Source: a virus (taxonomy: Duplodnaviria; Caudoviricetes). From it: a stretch of DNA of 42,546 nucleotides. Below the pieces are notes generated by a model. That model did not search any database. It worked only from the letters and a program-made list of their open reading frames with translations, and was not told the DNA's origin. Every line of letters begins with the position of its first letter. The stretch's first letter is position 1. Shown one piece after another: positions 28,201 through 36,691 of the stretch. The translations under genes were made by a program, and so were the position numbers. The stretch covers positions 1-42,546 of IMG/VR virus record IMGVR_UViG_3300020161_003555. The stretch is one strand, 5' to 3'.

Positions 28201-30495
28201 ACAACAAAAGACAACAACACTAAAAACAAGAGTGTGTATTCTTGGGGATATAATAACACTTTCATTGATGGTTATATTCCAGATGCTCTTCCTAATTTGT
28301 CCGAAATTCAATTACAATACGGCAACATTATAAATTATAAAAAGCAAGGTAGTTCATTTACATGGCATCAACCTATATCGTTTAGAGAATTTATTGATAC
28401 AACAGAGTGGTGTCAAATTACATCAACAGAAGTATCATACGAAGCTTTATCGGGATTATATGCAACAGGATTTGACCAAAACCCAACTGCTACCGCTACG
28501 TATAGTCCAACAAACATTTTATTATCTAATGTTATTGATGGCCATCCCGTTGAAATGTTTTATAATTCAATGTCAAATCACGTTTGGGCTTTGTCTGTTG
28601 CAGTTCCAACTAATATATCCAATTCTCAAATAAACATAGAATTACTCAATATTAATCCTTGGAATGTATTTTCAAATAGATTTTACCCAACTATTGCAAC
28701 AGTTCCAACTACATCTACGCTTTATTCCAAAAAACAAGTTGGAGGATATTTTACGCCGGAAAGATTAGGTGCTTCTCAGTATATTAATAAAACATTTACT
28801 CCTGTACCATCCGCTGCTAATTTTAACTTCAACACAATTACAGAAGATACTGACATTCACATAGGAGGAAGAGGATTAACAAAACAATCTCAGCCTACCG
28901 TTTACAAATGGGATGAAGATAACAGATGGTTAAAAGAGCCACCAACAACAAACAAGTTAACAGGCGCTGTTAAAAAAACGTTATCTAAGACTTTACAATC
29001 ATTTATTCCATATCAAGCTTCAACTAACCAAAAACAAGCTGGAGTAAACGACATTAACGACAGAACAAGCCCTTGGGGTGGGACTAATAAAAACGAGTGG
29101 ACTGACTTTGTGCACAAGCCAATAAGTTTTTCTGGAACTTACAACGTAGCTGCTTGGTCCGAATTTCAAATTAGTAAAGAACACGGTAAACAATTAGACC
29201 AATGGTCTCAGGATATTTACGGAAATCAATATGGTTTATTTAAATCCTCGTTAAGCAGCACGTATGGAGATGTGTGGGTAAGAAAAAATAATCAATTAAT
29301 TTCTCACAGTAGTTTATCGTTATCTTCCATATTTGTTCCAATAAAAGATGTATCTGTAGCTGCTTACAAAAACCTTACTGAAAACGGAGTAATTAATATT
29401 GACTCGTTTGCTGATACTTTAATGTTTCAAACATCTGGAGCTTTAATTTTTGCTAAAATACGATATGATTATTCTACTGATGAAATAACAAGCTCGTTAG
29501 ATGACATCAAATATATTAGTTTAGTAAATACTCTTTCAGGACAAAATTCTACAATAACACCAAACCAAACTTGGTATTTTCCTGAAACAAATAAAATAGT
29601 TTGTTCTTTGACTACATTATCCTCATCTCGTATTTTTCCTGAAATATACGAATTGAATACTAAATCAAACGAATTAATCAAACAGTTTCCAAATGATACT
29701 TCAGAACAAACATCTGTAAATCAAGCATTGAGTAGCTTAACCGTAAATCAAATTGATACTGGATTATTAACATACAACAAAAACCTGCATCAATTTTTAC
29801 TAACAATTCCAGGAAAGCTAGTTGATGGAAAGTTGTTTATTGTTGATATTATTGTAGATAAACGGCAATATTATACAACAAACAATATTGATATTTACAA
29901 AAAAATTGAATCAATTTCTGCTCCTTATATTATTGATTATTCTCTTCCTATTACTACTTTTGTTGGAACTACATTTACCAAAGCAATAACATCTACTGAG
30001 CCTCTTAGTAATATTTTACTACAAACTCAATATTCGTCTATTAGTGCTTTTGTTTTAAATGATCATCAAGCTGTAATTACTGGCACAATTCCTTTAACTG
30101 GATTTTATCAAATTGGGTATAGTGTGTCTAATTCTGCTGGAGCAAATTATTTTACTTTACTCGTAAATAGCATTCCTCTGCCTCCTACTCCTACTCCGAC
30201 TGCTACTCCGACTCCGACTCCAACCCCAACTGCTACTCCACGTCCTACTCCTGTTCCTATTAGAGTTAGCTTGGTTAACAATGTATGCACAGGAGGCCAG
30301 TATGCAGAAAACGTGACGTGGTTTGGAGGAGATGATCTATGTTCAGCTACCAAAATTAGCTCGGATCACTTTGCGGGATATTTGGTTGGACAGCATTTGT
30401 ATGCTTCTGACGGACACGTGCATCGTTACGGACAACTTCAATTTGAAGATGGTATTAAATATCTAGTGTTTACTGATATTTGCCACACTTGCTAA
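25240..30495 (+). CDS. Very large virion (baseplate-associated) protein, 1751 aa, with C-terminal PT linker and small Cys domain
   Basis: Uninterrupted ORF in the wedge operon; S/T/N/W-rich beta-type composition; no specific family recognised. Confidence 0.75.
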   Translation: MELNQLTQQSKSEMDVDAPYSFLEWRQRNAGYTENSYSQYVADWFVAHQHKPIAKKLLTRQKYLYMLDQLQVFFTDEEQQNWYSKINTADEKELLLGIPFFAKKLKNITLYYLKLRKKLKNTKVKYNLIGSKEGLESEIRQRLMEVFTDLNVELVPSLYNSVPSLTSISQTLNVELEELYDDTVYFDRSPTAPLSSYIDILHEPTAELFRTKGLTLSSDSWVFNALGVPDYKDIDTYVATLTGIIFETTDAALYESFIQKFLGEHRLQTTFNSASSILTEYNITLLSGNNYGYFPNGIVDPTIKIDYVLDTIPLSSHVPLFGTASTIIEGADTLFVKVGNKVKGAWLRYRQFDDHQKTLEAHIKPNSVTSFIFPYPGYGLSAEDIEWTGNSLSATYEYDFLSEDYKQSVSNEYWNQVLPEDTIVPLLINNTTLAEKGSVPSKNPNHADQILITNTKPVDVFFSPGVGEIGTWLYKFDKTSIAVTNSLHDTSVTVWPYENILQAEDFPIKFQGYNFENICEPILLQNLNVPFAVAGDTIDNSEKIYKLSRYNDSIANALECCWLSGNTNTNGTNAWISQRGFSGLFSPNTPARFIWTGADNTPLSSVFRFVYHSNDCLFKTEPTTTDPNSCSCKQVYYSPYGHPGETFNKYNSRADYVVVDSTSALDVFDLGSWADSKNESWTTSSEFAWFNTNVKQSWGDGQWVCNNKSIKPFTLKTGKSYVYNRTDSRDGTTYPPYSVNFKLALPSIPNVEWIQAKKTEDQNWVSVDKKAQMQLNPGDFIKWQRKNTTVSYLMSAYDVENTTKNLSSIWATYDSIVVGESLMGSTNVSVPFALELTSNTLNNTQLPTISAGKYLTFTDINKVYWWKFTNTSNPSSTPFYIYESQIASFTPSVTGTYHVALSASFNTNTYITSGGDIIFETKDKYFDHTVIPPIYAIPKYSKAIKPVKFETPTGGFIIEQNLTGWNYNTKSYDYVSPGAKPFWATLHTTKDNNTKNKSVYSWGYNNTFIDGYIPDALPNLSEIQLQYGNIINYKKQGSSFTWHQPISFREFIDTTEWCQITSTEVSYEALSGLYATGFDQNPTATATYSPTNILLSNVIDGHPVEMFYNSMSNHVWALSVAVPTNISNSQINIELLNINPWNVFSNRFYPTIATVPTTSTLYSKKQVGGYFTPERLGASQYINKTFTPVPSAANFNFNTITEDTDIHIGGRGLTKQSQPTVYKWDEDNRWLKEPPTTNKLTGAVKKTLSKTLQSFIPYQASTNQKQAGVNDINDRTSPWGGTNKNEWTDFVHKPISFSGTYNVAAWSEFQISKEHGKQLDQWSQDIYGNQYGLFKSSLSSTYGDVWVRKNNQLISHSSLSLSSIFVPIKDVSVAAYKNLTENGVINIDSFADTLMFQTSGALIFAKIRYDYSTDEITSSLDDIKYISLVNTLSGQNSTITPNQTWYFPETNKIVCSLTTLSSSRIFPEIYELNTKSNELIKQFPNDTSEQTSVNQALSSLTVNQIDTGLLTYNKNLHQFLLTIPGKLVDGKLFIVDIIVDKRQYYTTNNIDIYKKIESISAPYIIDYSLPITTFVGTTFTKAITSTEPLSNILLQTQYSSISAFVLNDHQAVITGTIPLTGFYQIGYSVSNSAGANYFTLLVNSIPLPPTPTPTATPTPTPTPTATPRPTPVPIRVSLVNNVCTGGQYAENVTWFGGDDLCSATKISSDHFAGYLVGQHLYASDGHVHRYGQLQFEDGIKYLVFTDICHTC
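30175..30258 (+). repeat. Pro/Thr low-complexity linker (PLPPTPTPTATPTPTPTPTATPRPTPVP)
   Basis: Imperfect 6-nt periodicity with mixed codons (CCT/CCG/CCA, ACT/ACC). Confidence 0.9.
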
Positions 30496-30499
30496 AAAT

Positions 30500-30832
30500 T
30501 TAGCGTGGGGTAATTGGCCAAACAACTTTATTTGGTTCTTTATACAATTGAGGAATTTGTCTCAACAATGACCTATAGTTAATCCAACGGTCTCTGTTTA
30601 AAACAGGAGAATCTGGCAATACAGCCCAATCAGATTCTTTGAGTAATCTATTTCGTTTATTTCGAATAGATTCCCATGTGTGTGTTGCTGTAATTTCAAT
30701 GTGTGGAATTAATCGAGCCTCGTTATTTTTTATTTCTTCGAGAATGCAATCATATTGTGGGTGGTTTTTAGGAACAAAATGTTCATCAGTAATAATTCCG
30801 CTTGGTGTAGAATAATATGTTTTCATAATCAA
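30500..30832 (-). CDS. Tail-fibre assembly chaperone
   Basis: W-x-x-IR-x-x-RN-x-LL-x-x-SDW-x-x-LPDSP...W-x-x-YR-x-x-LR-x-IPQ...V-x-WP-x-x-P; ATGA-coupled to the upstream fibre. Confidence 0.88.
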   Translation of the reverse strand: MIMKTYYSTPSGIITDEHFVPKNHPQYDCILEEIKNNEARLIPHIEITATHTWESIRNKRNRLLKESDWAVLPDSPVLNRDRWINYRSLLRQIPQLYKEPNKVVWPITPR

Positions 30833-33432
30833 TTAACCACTAAAAATTCAGCGTCTGCAGCCCAATTATAAATATATGGATTTGACACAATCCCATTTTC
30901 ATATCCAGAAAAATCAGTTCTAGCGTGAGTTTCTGTTATAGTAGTAGCCCACGTATGATCCACTACATGAGAAAATGAGTTTAATCCCGTATTTTTTAAC
31001 AACACCGTTCTATCACTTCTCATTAATGGAGTTGTGCGTTTTGTAGTTTTAAATGGTATTTCTACTCTATTTACTTTGCCTGTTGCTGCAAATTGAGAAG
31101 TAAAACTATCCCCGTTTTCATAGTAACGTTGACATAAAGCCAGCTCTGCTGCAGGTGGTCTTGGTTCAAACGTGGTTGCAATTGTTCCCTCTTCTAATTG
31201 AACTGAAGTAATATCAAACCTTCTGCCTTCTAAACCGGGCAATTCAAATAAAAGTTGCGTAAAAGAATCGGTTGTTGCTCTTTGAAAATTTGAATTAAAG
31301 TCTGGATCATTAACATTGCCCCATATTGATTGCAATATACCTAATATCATACTTGGTACAGTAAATGTAGTTGTATAACGCTGCCAAATTGGAGTTACAA
31401 TAAACGTGGTTATTAAATTATCTTTAAAATAGTTAGGTTGCCAAGTTTGAGGAACAGACCCTTTATAGTATTGATTGAGATATAAAGGTATGGTATTGCT
31501 TCCAATATTATTTGAACGAGCATAAAAACTTAATGTTACTTTTTTTCCAGCTAAAGCATATGCATTTTCAATACGATGCATCAACACCGTTGGGCGTATA
31601 GTGGCTGGAGACCCTGTTGCTCTTGCTCCTAGAATAAGTCTACCATAAGCAGTTGGCCTTGAAGGAATTGTATTTATATCTCGATAGTTTACAATTTTCT
31701 TTTCGAACGTTGCAGATTGAGGGGAGGGAGTTTGTCCAGGAATACTAATAGTAGGACCGCCCGGTACAAACGGCCATCTGTCAGCTAAATAGTTAGCATA
31801 TTTATAATTATTGCTGTCGGTAATTGAAGTATCTATAACTGTAGATATTGTTCCTGTAGTCTCGTTTATGATTGAGCGTTTGGCCCATTGCCAAATATCA
31901 AAATTACCATTTATAATTTTATTTTTATAAGAAGTTGCTAAAGAATCCAAGCTTGCCTGTAATGTAGAAGAAATAATTATGTCGTGCGTTCCAGTTGCAA
32001 TAGTTATACCGGTTCCGCCTTTTAGTGTTCTTGCTTCTAAAACGTTATCTGTATAGGATGGTTTGAATAATTCTCCGACGCCAGTCCCAAGTGGATCATT
32101 TTGACCAGCTGTAATTACGCCAGACAATTGAATGTTAACATTATTGGAATTTGAAGTAATTGTTAAATTGGGTCCACCGCTAAGACTTTTAAAATTTAAA
32201 TAACCAAATTCAGTTTTAACTCCAGTATACAAACCTTTGGAATTATTGCCTTCTCCTACATTGTAAGATCCTATTACATCTCCTTGTCCCACTTTAGGAG
32301 GAATTGCACTAATAATAACAGTATCAGTATCTCCTCTAATAACAATGCCGGGACCAGCACTCAAAGATTTAAATTGTAATTCGACGCCGTTTTTGGTTTT
32401 GAATAATCCGACACCACTTGCTAAATTAGTTGCAGTGTTAATTTCTCCACCAGCATCCGGTCCAGTTAATATAGCATCAATTTGTAATTCGGTTCCAGTA
32501 TCGGTTATTTGAATATTGTTACCTTTTTTAAGGGTTTTAAACTGCATTTTATTTTGAGTTTTTCCAACAAACAAACTACTTCCTGTACCCACGTTTTGAG
32601 CAGTAGTACTTTCATTAACTCCTATTAGCACTTGTTGTGATTGCTCAGTAATACTGACGTTGTCAGTAGAAGCAACGAGAGTTCTAAACAACAATGTATT
32701 GTTGTTTTTTTCTTTATAAAAAGAAGCTCCAGATCCTATTTTTTCTCCAGTCGTAACTTCATTGACTCGTATTGATATTTCCTTAGAATTTTCTTGGATT
32801 TCCACGTTGCTGGAACCAGGAGTTATAGTTTTGAATGCTAATTTATTTCCTGATAATTCTTTAAAAACTCCAGTTCCTGTACCAACGTTTATTCCAGTTA
32901 GTGTAGAGGCAAGTACAAGAAAAGAAGATCCACTACCAATAGCAATTCCGTTTCCAGCAACAAGCGTTTTAAATGGGAGCACTGATCCTACATTAGGAGA
33001 CGTAATACCGACTCCGGGACCAATATCTTGCGTAGTTACGCCAACAGTGCCATTAATACCCAAAGCAGCAATTTTAATGGTATTGCTATCTTCTGTAACT
33101 ACTATATTTGTGCCAGTTCCTACAATACGTTTAAAAGCTAAATTTTGACCAGTTTTTTCTTTAAATACACCAGCTCCTGTAGTACCGATATTTGTACCAC
33201 CGAGAATAATAGAGTTGCTGTTAATTGTGCTGCTTATCGTAACTACACCAGTTCCACTTGAAGGAGATATGGTTATATTAGAACCAGCTATTATTTTAGT
33301 AACATTATTACCCAACGCGGCCTCAATGGAATCAACGTGTGTTCCAAGCTGTGAGAAATTGCTGTTTATAGCAGAAAGCGAGTTTCCTATACACTCGTTT
33401 GGGTTAATTTGATTCAAACTAGTCGAAAGCAT
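30829..33432 (-). CDS. Tail fibre: N-terminal anchor, eight ~48-aa shaft repeats, C-terminal CBM-like jelly-roll (867 aa)
   Basis: CIGNSLSAINSNF; repeats N-x-G-x-G-x-G-x-FK...L-x-FK-x-L-x-x-G; KNKIINGNFDIWQ...ADRW...VTLSFYAR...VQLEEG-x-x-AT-x-FE-x-R...EL-x-LCQRYY; adjacent chaperone. Confidence 0.85.
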   Translation of the reverse strand: MLSTSLNQINPNECIGNSLSAINSNFSQLGTHVDSIEAALGNNVTKIIAGSNITISPSSGTGVVTISSTINSNSIILGGTNIGTTGAGVFKEKTGQNLAFKRIVGTGTNIVVTEDSNTIKIAALGINGTVGVTTQDIGPGVGITSPNVGSVLPFKTLVAGNGIAIGSGSSFLVLASTLTGINVGTGTGVFKELSGNKLAFKTITPGSSNVEIQENSKEISIRVNEVTTGEKIGSGASFYKEKNNNTLLFRTLVASTDNVSITEQSQQVLIGVNESTTAQNVGTGSSLFVGKTQNKMQFKTLKKGNNIQITDTGTELQIDAILTGPDAGGEINTATNLASGVGLFKTKNGVELQFKSLSAGPGIVIRGDTDTVIISAIPPKVGQGDVIGSYNVGEGNNSKGLYTGVKTEFGYLNFKSLSGGPNLTITSNSNNVNIQLSGVITAGQNDPLGTGVGELFKPSYTDNVLEARTLKGGTGITIATGTHDIIISSTLQASLDSLATSYKNKIINGNFDIWQWAKRSIINETTGTISTVIDTSITDSNNYKYANYLADRWPFVPGGPTISIPGQTPSPQSATFEKKIVNYRDINTIPSRPTAYGRLILGARATGSPATIRPTVLMHRIENAYALAGKKVTLSFYARSNNIGSNTIPLYLNQYYKGSVPQTWQPNYFKDNLITTFIVTPIWQRYTTTFTVPSMILGILQSIWGNVNDPDFNSNFQRATTDSFTQLLFELPGLEGRRFDITSVQLEEGTIATTFEPRPPAAELALCQRYYENGDSFTSQFAATGKVNRVEIPFKTTKRTTPLMRSDRTVLLKNTGLNSFSHVVDHTWATTITETHARTDFSGYENGIVSNPYIYNWAADAEFLVVN
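31970..33195 (-). repeat. Eight tandem protein-level fibre shaft repeats
   Basis: Cores LAFKRI, LPFKTL, LAFKTI, LLFRTL, MQFKTL, LQFKSL, LNFKSL, LEARTL. Boundaries approximate. Confidence 0.85.
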
Positions 33433-33441
33433 AATATCTAT

Positions 33442-33447
33442 TATTTA
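33442..33447 (-). promoter_or_regulatory. Late promoter core TAAATA
   Basis: TATTTA on the plus strand; 9 nt before ATG 33432. Confidence 0.6.
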
Positions 33448-33448
33448 A

Positions 33449-36400
33449 TCATTTAAAATAATTTACTAACGATTGAATGTTAGCCCAAATTTGGTCAGAC
33501 AATCTATTGATTACCGAATTAGTAACTATCTCATTTTGCCCAATAGAAATGTCTGTTTTCAAATATACTGGAGAAACGTATGTTTTATTTTCCGGATGAT
33601 CAATTCTACCATAATACAAAGCGTTTCTTATTAATTCGATATTATCCCACAAACGATGAAAAGCTTTTAAATACACCCATGATTGTACATATTCGTCTTT
33701 GTGTATTTTTATATCATTTAATGACCAATATACATCATCAGAAATTGGAGCTTTAGTAGTATCTAATTTCATTCGATCGGAAAATTTTAAAATTTTATCG
33801 TTAGCACACACAAATAAATCTCTTCTGACAGTATGAAATACTCCATTAAAATATTCTATAGTCATTCCATTAGAACATTTCATGTTGAGTATCAATGAAT
33901 CATATAAAGCCCCATTCCTAAAATATTTTATTATTCCTTTTTGATGAGATACGTAAATGATTTCTCTATTGTATGAGGTGTTTATTTTTACTGGATTAAC
34001 TACATCAGCTGATAACAAATACTCAAATAAATAATTTCCTTTATTATCAAATACCATTACTTTAGTTGCAGATAACACATGCAAATAATTTTGGGAATCT
34101 ATAGAAACGCTTATTGGAACATGCTCTGTAAACAAAGTGCTTGTGATTGTTTGTAAATGCTTACCGACAATTGAGTACTGCTTGATGCATTTATTTCCTG
34201 TATCGACTACATATAAAAGTTTTGATTGATCAATAGCAATATCTCTTGGTCTGTTAAATCCATAAGCATTGCTTGCTAAACCGTAACGTCCCCAAGAATC
34301 AATAAGAGTTAGTTTGTCGTTTTTAATTTCATATACAGACACTTTTGGTATTTTAGAATCTAAAACATATACTTTGTTGTCATTAATGCACATTGCTTCA
34401 ATGCTTACAAAAGCAAACAACATATCAGCTAGGCCCCCTCTGTGTAATTTTTTAGGTTCGTACCCATTTTTGTATAATACAATTTCTGTTTTTCTTGCTA
34501 CAACATAATAATCTTCAAATTCTATATACGAAACATACGAACAATCAGAATTGAATCCGCAAAATGGCAATGGAAAAAATTCCGGATCTACAGTAGAAAT
34601 ATGCCACCTTCCTGTACCACAAGGTAAAGCCACAGCATCAACTCCGCACGGCTCATATGACCACTGTTTCTCAAGATTTTGGCCTTTTTTTGTATCACGC
34701 CAAGTTGTAGCTGTTTCAGAATTACTTCTTTTACGGGAAGACCATTTCCACTCTAAACAATATTTTTGAACGCAAAACGAATCGCTTTGGACTTTATCGT
34801 CACAAGTTTGTTCATTCCAAAAAAGAGGAAATCCATTATTGTTTTGTTCTACTTCAGAATCTACTAATAATTGATCGGACCATGTAGTTTTATCTGAATT
34901 TTCTGGATTAGCCTCGAGATCATTCCACCTGTAATTTGTATTACCAAGCCAAGCGTAAAATTTATTATCTGGAACATATAAAGTTGTGTGATTATTAATT
35001 TCAGAAATAGTTTGATACAACTTACTCAATACATCATTTATGTTGTTTTCTGTAACCCATTCATTTGGAGAAATTTTAGGAGTACTTGTTTCTGTAGTAA
35101 CTAATCCCGTATTGGTAGTATGAAAATATTCTTCAACTGATTTGCTATCGTAACTTTCTACTATATTAACGGCATCTGGTATTATATTTGTTACTCTGTT
35201 TATTTCGTTCGTGTTTTTATTTAAAAATATTGCCGTTGCTGATAATGCATATTTGCCAAGTTTTGAAAACACCAATGCAAATTTATCATTAAGTTTATTT
35301 CCTGACAAAGTAGTAGAACTATTTTCAGCTGAAACAATTACATGGCTCAATTCTAAGTAAGGTTTAGCAAATACTCGAATTGGTTCAAAATAAGCATTTT
35401 CGTGCTTTACGTTAATATAACTTGAAGCATATACTTCAACATAAGGCAAGTGGGAAATTACTGCAGAATCTTTGAGTATTTCAACTTGCTGGTTGGCCTT
35501 CCAATCATAAGGAAACTGCTCTATCTGAACCTTCTTTGTAGCTGATACTGTACTCGTAATTGTAGTATCTCCAGTCGAAGAAATTTTTAAAAATGGTATG
35601 TTTTCTGTTTGAACTGGATAGTAACTTAAAGGAAATATATAACCGTTTATTTTTTCTAACTCGCTTGTTTGATAAAACCAATTGCCTGCTTTTGTAAATC
35701 CATCTACATTAGTATGCAATTGCCATTGCGTAGAACTTAAATGTTGTACAAATATAGAACTGTTATCGATTTCAGCTACTCGAGCTTTAAATTGAGCTTC
35801 AGAATAATCAAACGGTAAATCAACTTGATTTGAGCTAAAAGGAGAAATAAAAGTATATTGTGAAGCGTGAGGATATGGACGAACGTGAATGTGGCTTTTA
35901 AATAAATTATCAGTTCTTTCTTCTCCGTTGACTGTCAAAGAAGAATTAAAAAAACTATAAAAAGATTTTTTGCCAGTAACATCATCATAATAAACAATTG
36001 GTCCATTTAATGTAATGTCAGGTGTAGTCAATCTCAAATGTATTGGAATTTTTATGTTTTGAGAAAGATCAGACGTTATAGATACTACTGCTGTATTTGC
36101 TAATACTGGATCAACGGACCAAATGCTCGGAGTAATATCTTCACATGTTTCATTGCCAATACGCCAATTTATTGTAGCAGTCGTTTTTGCTGCTGAAAGA
36201 ATTATTGATTCCGTATGACCTTCTCCATAAAAAAACAATCCAGGAGCTTTATTATACTGTTCCTTTTTAACATATGTTATTTTGTTAGTCAAGCCGTCAA
36301 AATAACTACTTGGATAAGCCACAAAGGTTGCTGTTGGAAACGAATTCAGAAACATTGCAGACATTGAATACATTCCAACGCTTTGTGATTCATCCCCTCT

Positions 36401-36667
36401 CGATGACAATAACACCTGAACAGAATGAACACTTGAATATCTTCTGTTAAATGAAATATTTTGCCCAGTTAATAAATTAAAATCAGAAAGCGTACTAGGA
36501 TTGTGGTTTGTTGTGTACTGAGCTACAAAACTTTCATTAATGTCAAAGTTGGTAATTTCTGAACTAGATAATTTAACAAGAGCAGTATATGGAGCTGCGG
36601 ATGTTTGTCTATAAAAAATAGAATTATTGCTTTGTCTTTCAAAATTTACAAACAGGTCAAGTGACAT
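33449..36667 (-). CDS. Large virion protein with NHL-repeat beta-propeller, Trp-rich segment and three helical repeats (1072 aa)
   Basis: FNRPRDIAIDQSKLLYVVDTGNKCIKQY is a canonical NHL blade; three I-x-x-[ND]-E-x-V...[LI]-[YW]-x-[TN]-I repeats. Confidence 0.75.
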   Translation of the reverse strand: MSLDLFVNFERQSNNSIFYRQTSAAPYTALVKLSSSEITNFDINESFVAQYTTNHNPSTLSDFNLLTGQNISFNRRYSSVHSVQVLLSSRGDESQSVGMYSMSAMFLNSFPTATFVAYPSSYFDGLTNKITYVKKEQYNKAPGLFFYGEGHTESIILSAAKTTATINWRIGNETCEDITPSIWSVDPVLANTAVVSITSDLSQNIKIPIHLRLTTPDITLNGPIVYYDDVTGKKSFYSFFNSSLTVNGEERTDNLFKSHIHVRPYPHASQYTFISPFSSNQVDLPFDYSEAQFKARVAEIDNSSIFVQHLSSTQWQLHTNVDGFTKAGNWFYQTSELEKINGYIFPLSYYPVQTENIPFLKISSTGDTTITSTVSATKKVQIEQFPYDWKANQQVEILKDSAVISHLPYVEVYASSYINVKHENAYFEPIRVFAKPYLELSHVIVSAENSSTTLSGNKLNDKFALVFSKLGKYALSATAIFLNKNTNEINRVTNIIPDAVNIVESYDSKSVEEYFHTTNTGLVTTETSTPKISPNEWVTENNINDVLSKLYQTISEINNHTTLYVPDNKFYAWLGNTNYRWNDLEANPENSDKTTWSDQLLVDSEVEQNNNGFPLFWNEQTCDDKVQSDSFCVQKYCLEWKWSSRKRSNSETATTWRDTKKGQNLEKQWSYEPCGVDAVALPCGTGRWHISTVDPEFFPLPFCGFNSDCSYVSYIEFEDYYVVARKTEIVLYKNGYEPKKLHRGGLADMLFAFVSIEAMCINDNKVYVLDSKIPKVSVYEIKNDKLTLIDSWGRYGLASNAYGFNRPRDIAIDQSKLLYVVDTGNKCIKQYSIVGKHLQTITSTLFTEHVPISVSIDSQNYLHVLSATKVMVFDNKGNYLFEYLLSADVVNPVKINTSYNREIIYVSHQKGIIKYFRNGALYDSLILNMKCSNGMTIEYFNGVFHTVRRDLFVCANDKILKFSDRMKLDTTKAPISDDVYWSLNDIKIHKDEYVQSWVYLKAFHRLWDNIELIRNALYYGRIDHPENKTYVSPVYLKTDISIGQNEIVTNSVINRLSDQIWANIQSLVNYFK

Positions 36668-36673
36668 TTTAAT

Positions 36674-36679
36674 TATTTA
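36674..36679 (-). promoter_or_regulatory. Late promoter core TAAATA
   Basis: 6 nt before ATG 36667. Confidence 0.65.
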
Positions 36680-36691
36680 TGCTAAAAAAAC

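Noticed and set aside
30175-30258. PT repeat as a phase-variable microsatellite
   Set aside because: Mixed synonymous codons break the DNA repeat, and the unit is a multiple of 3, so slippage would not switch frame.
17501-33195. Fibre repeats as a diversity-generating retroelement, shufflon or CRISPR array
   Set aside because: Repeats are diverged at the DNA level and conserved only as protein. No reverse transcriptase, invertase, adenine-specific TR/VR pair or repeat-spacer pattern seen in this window.
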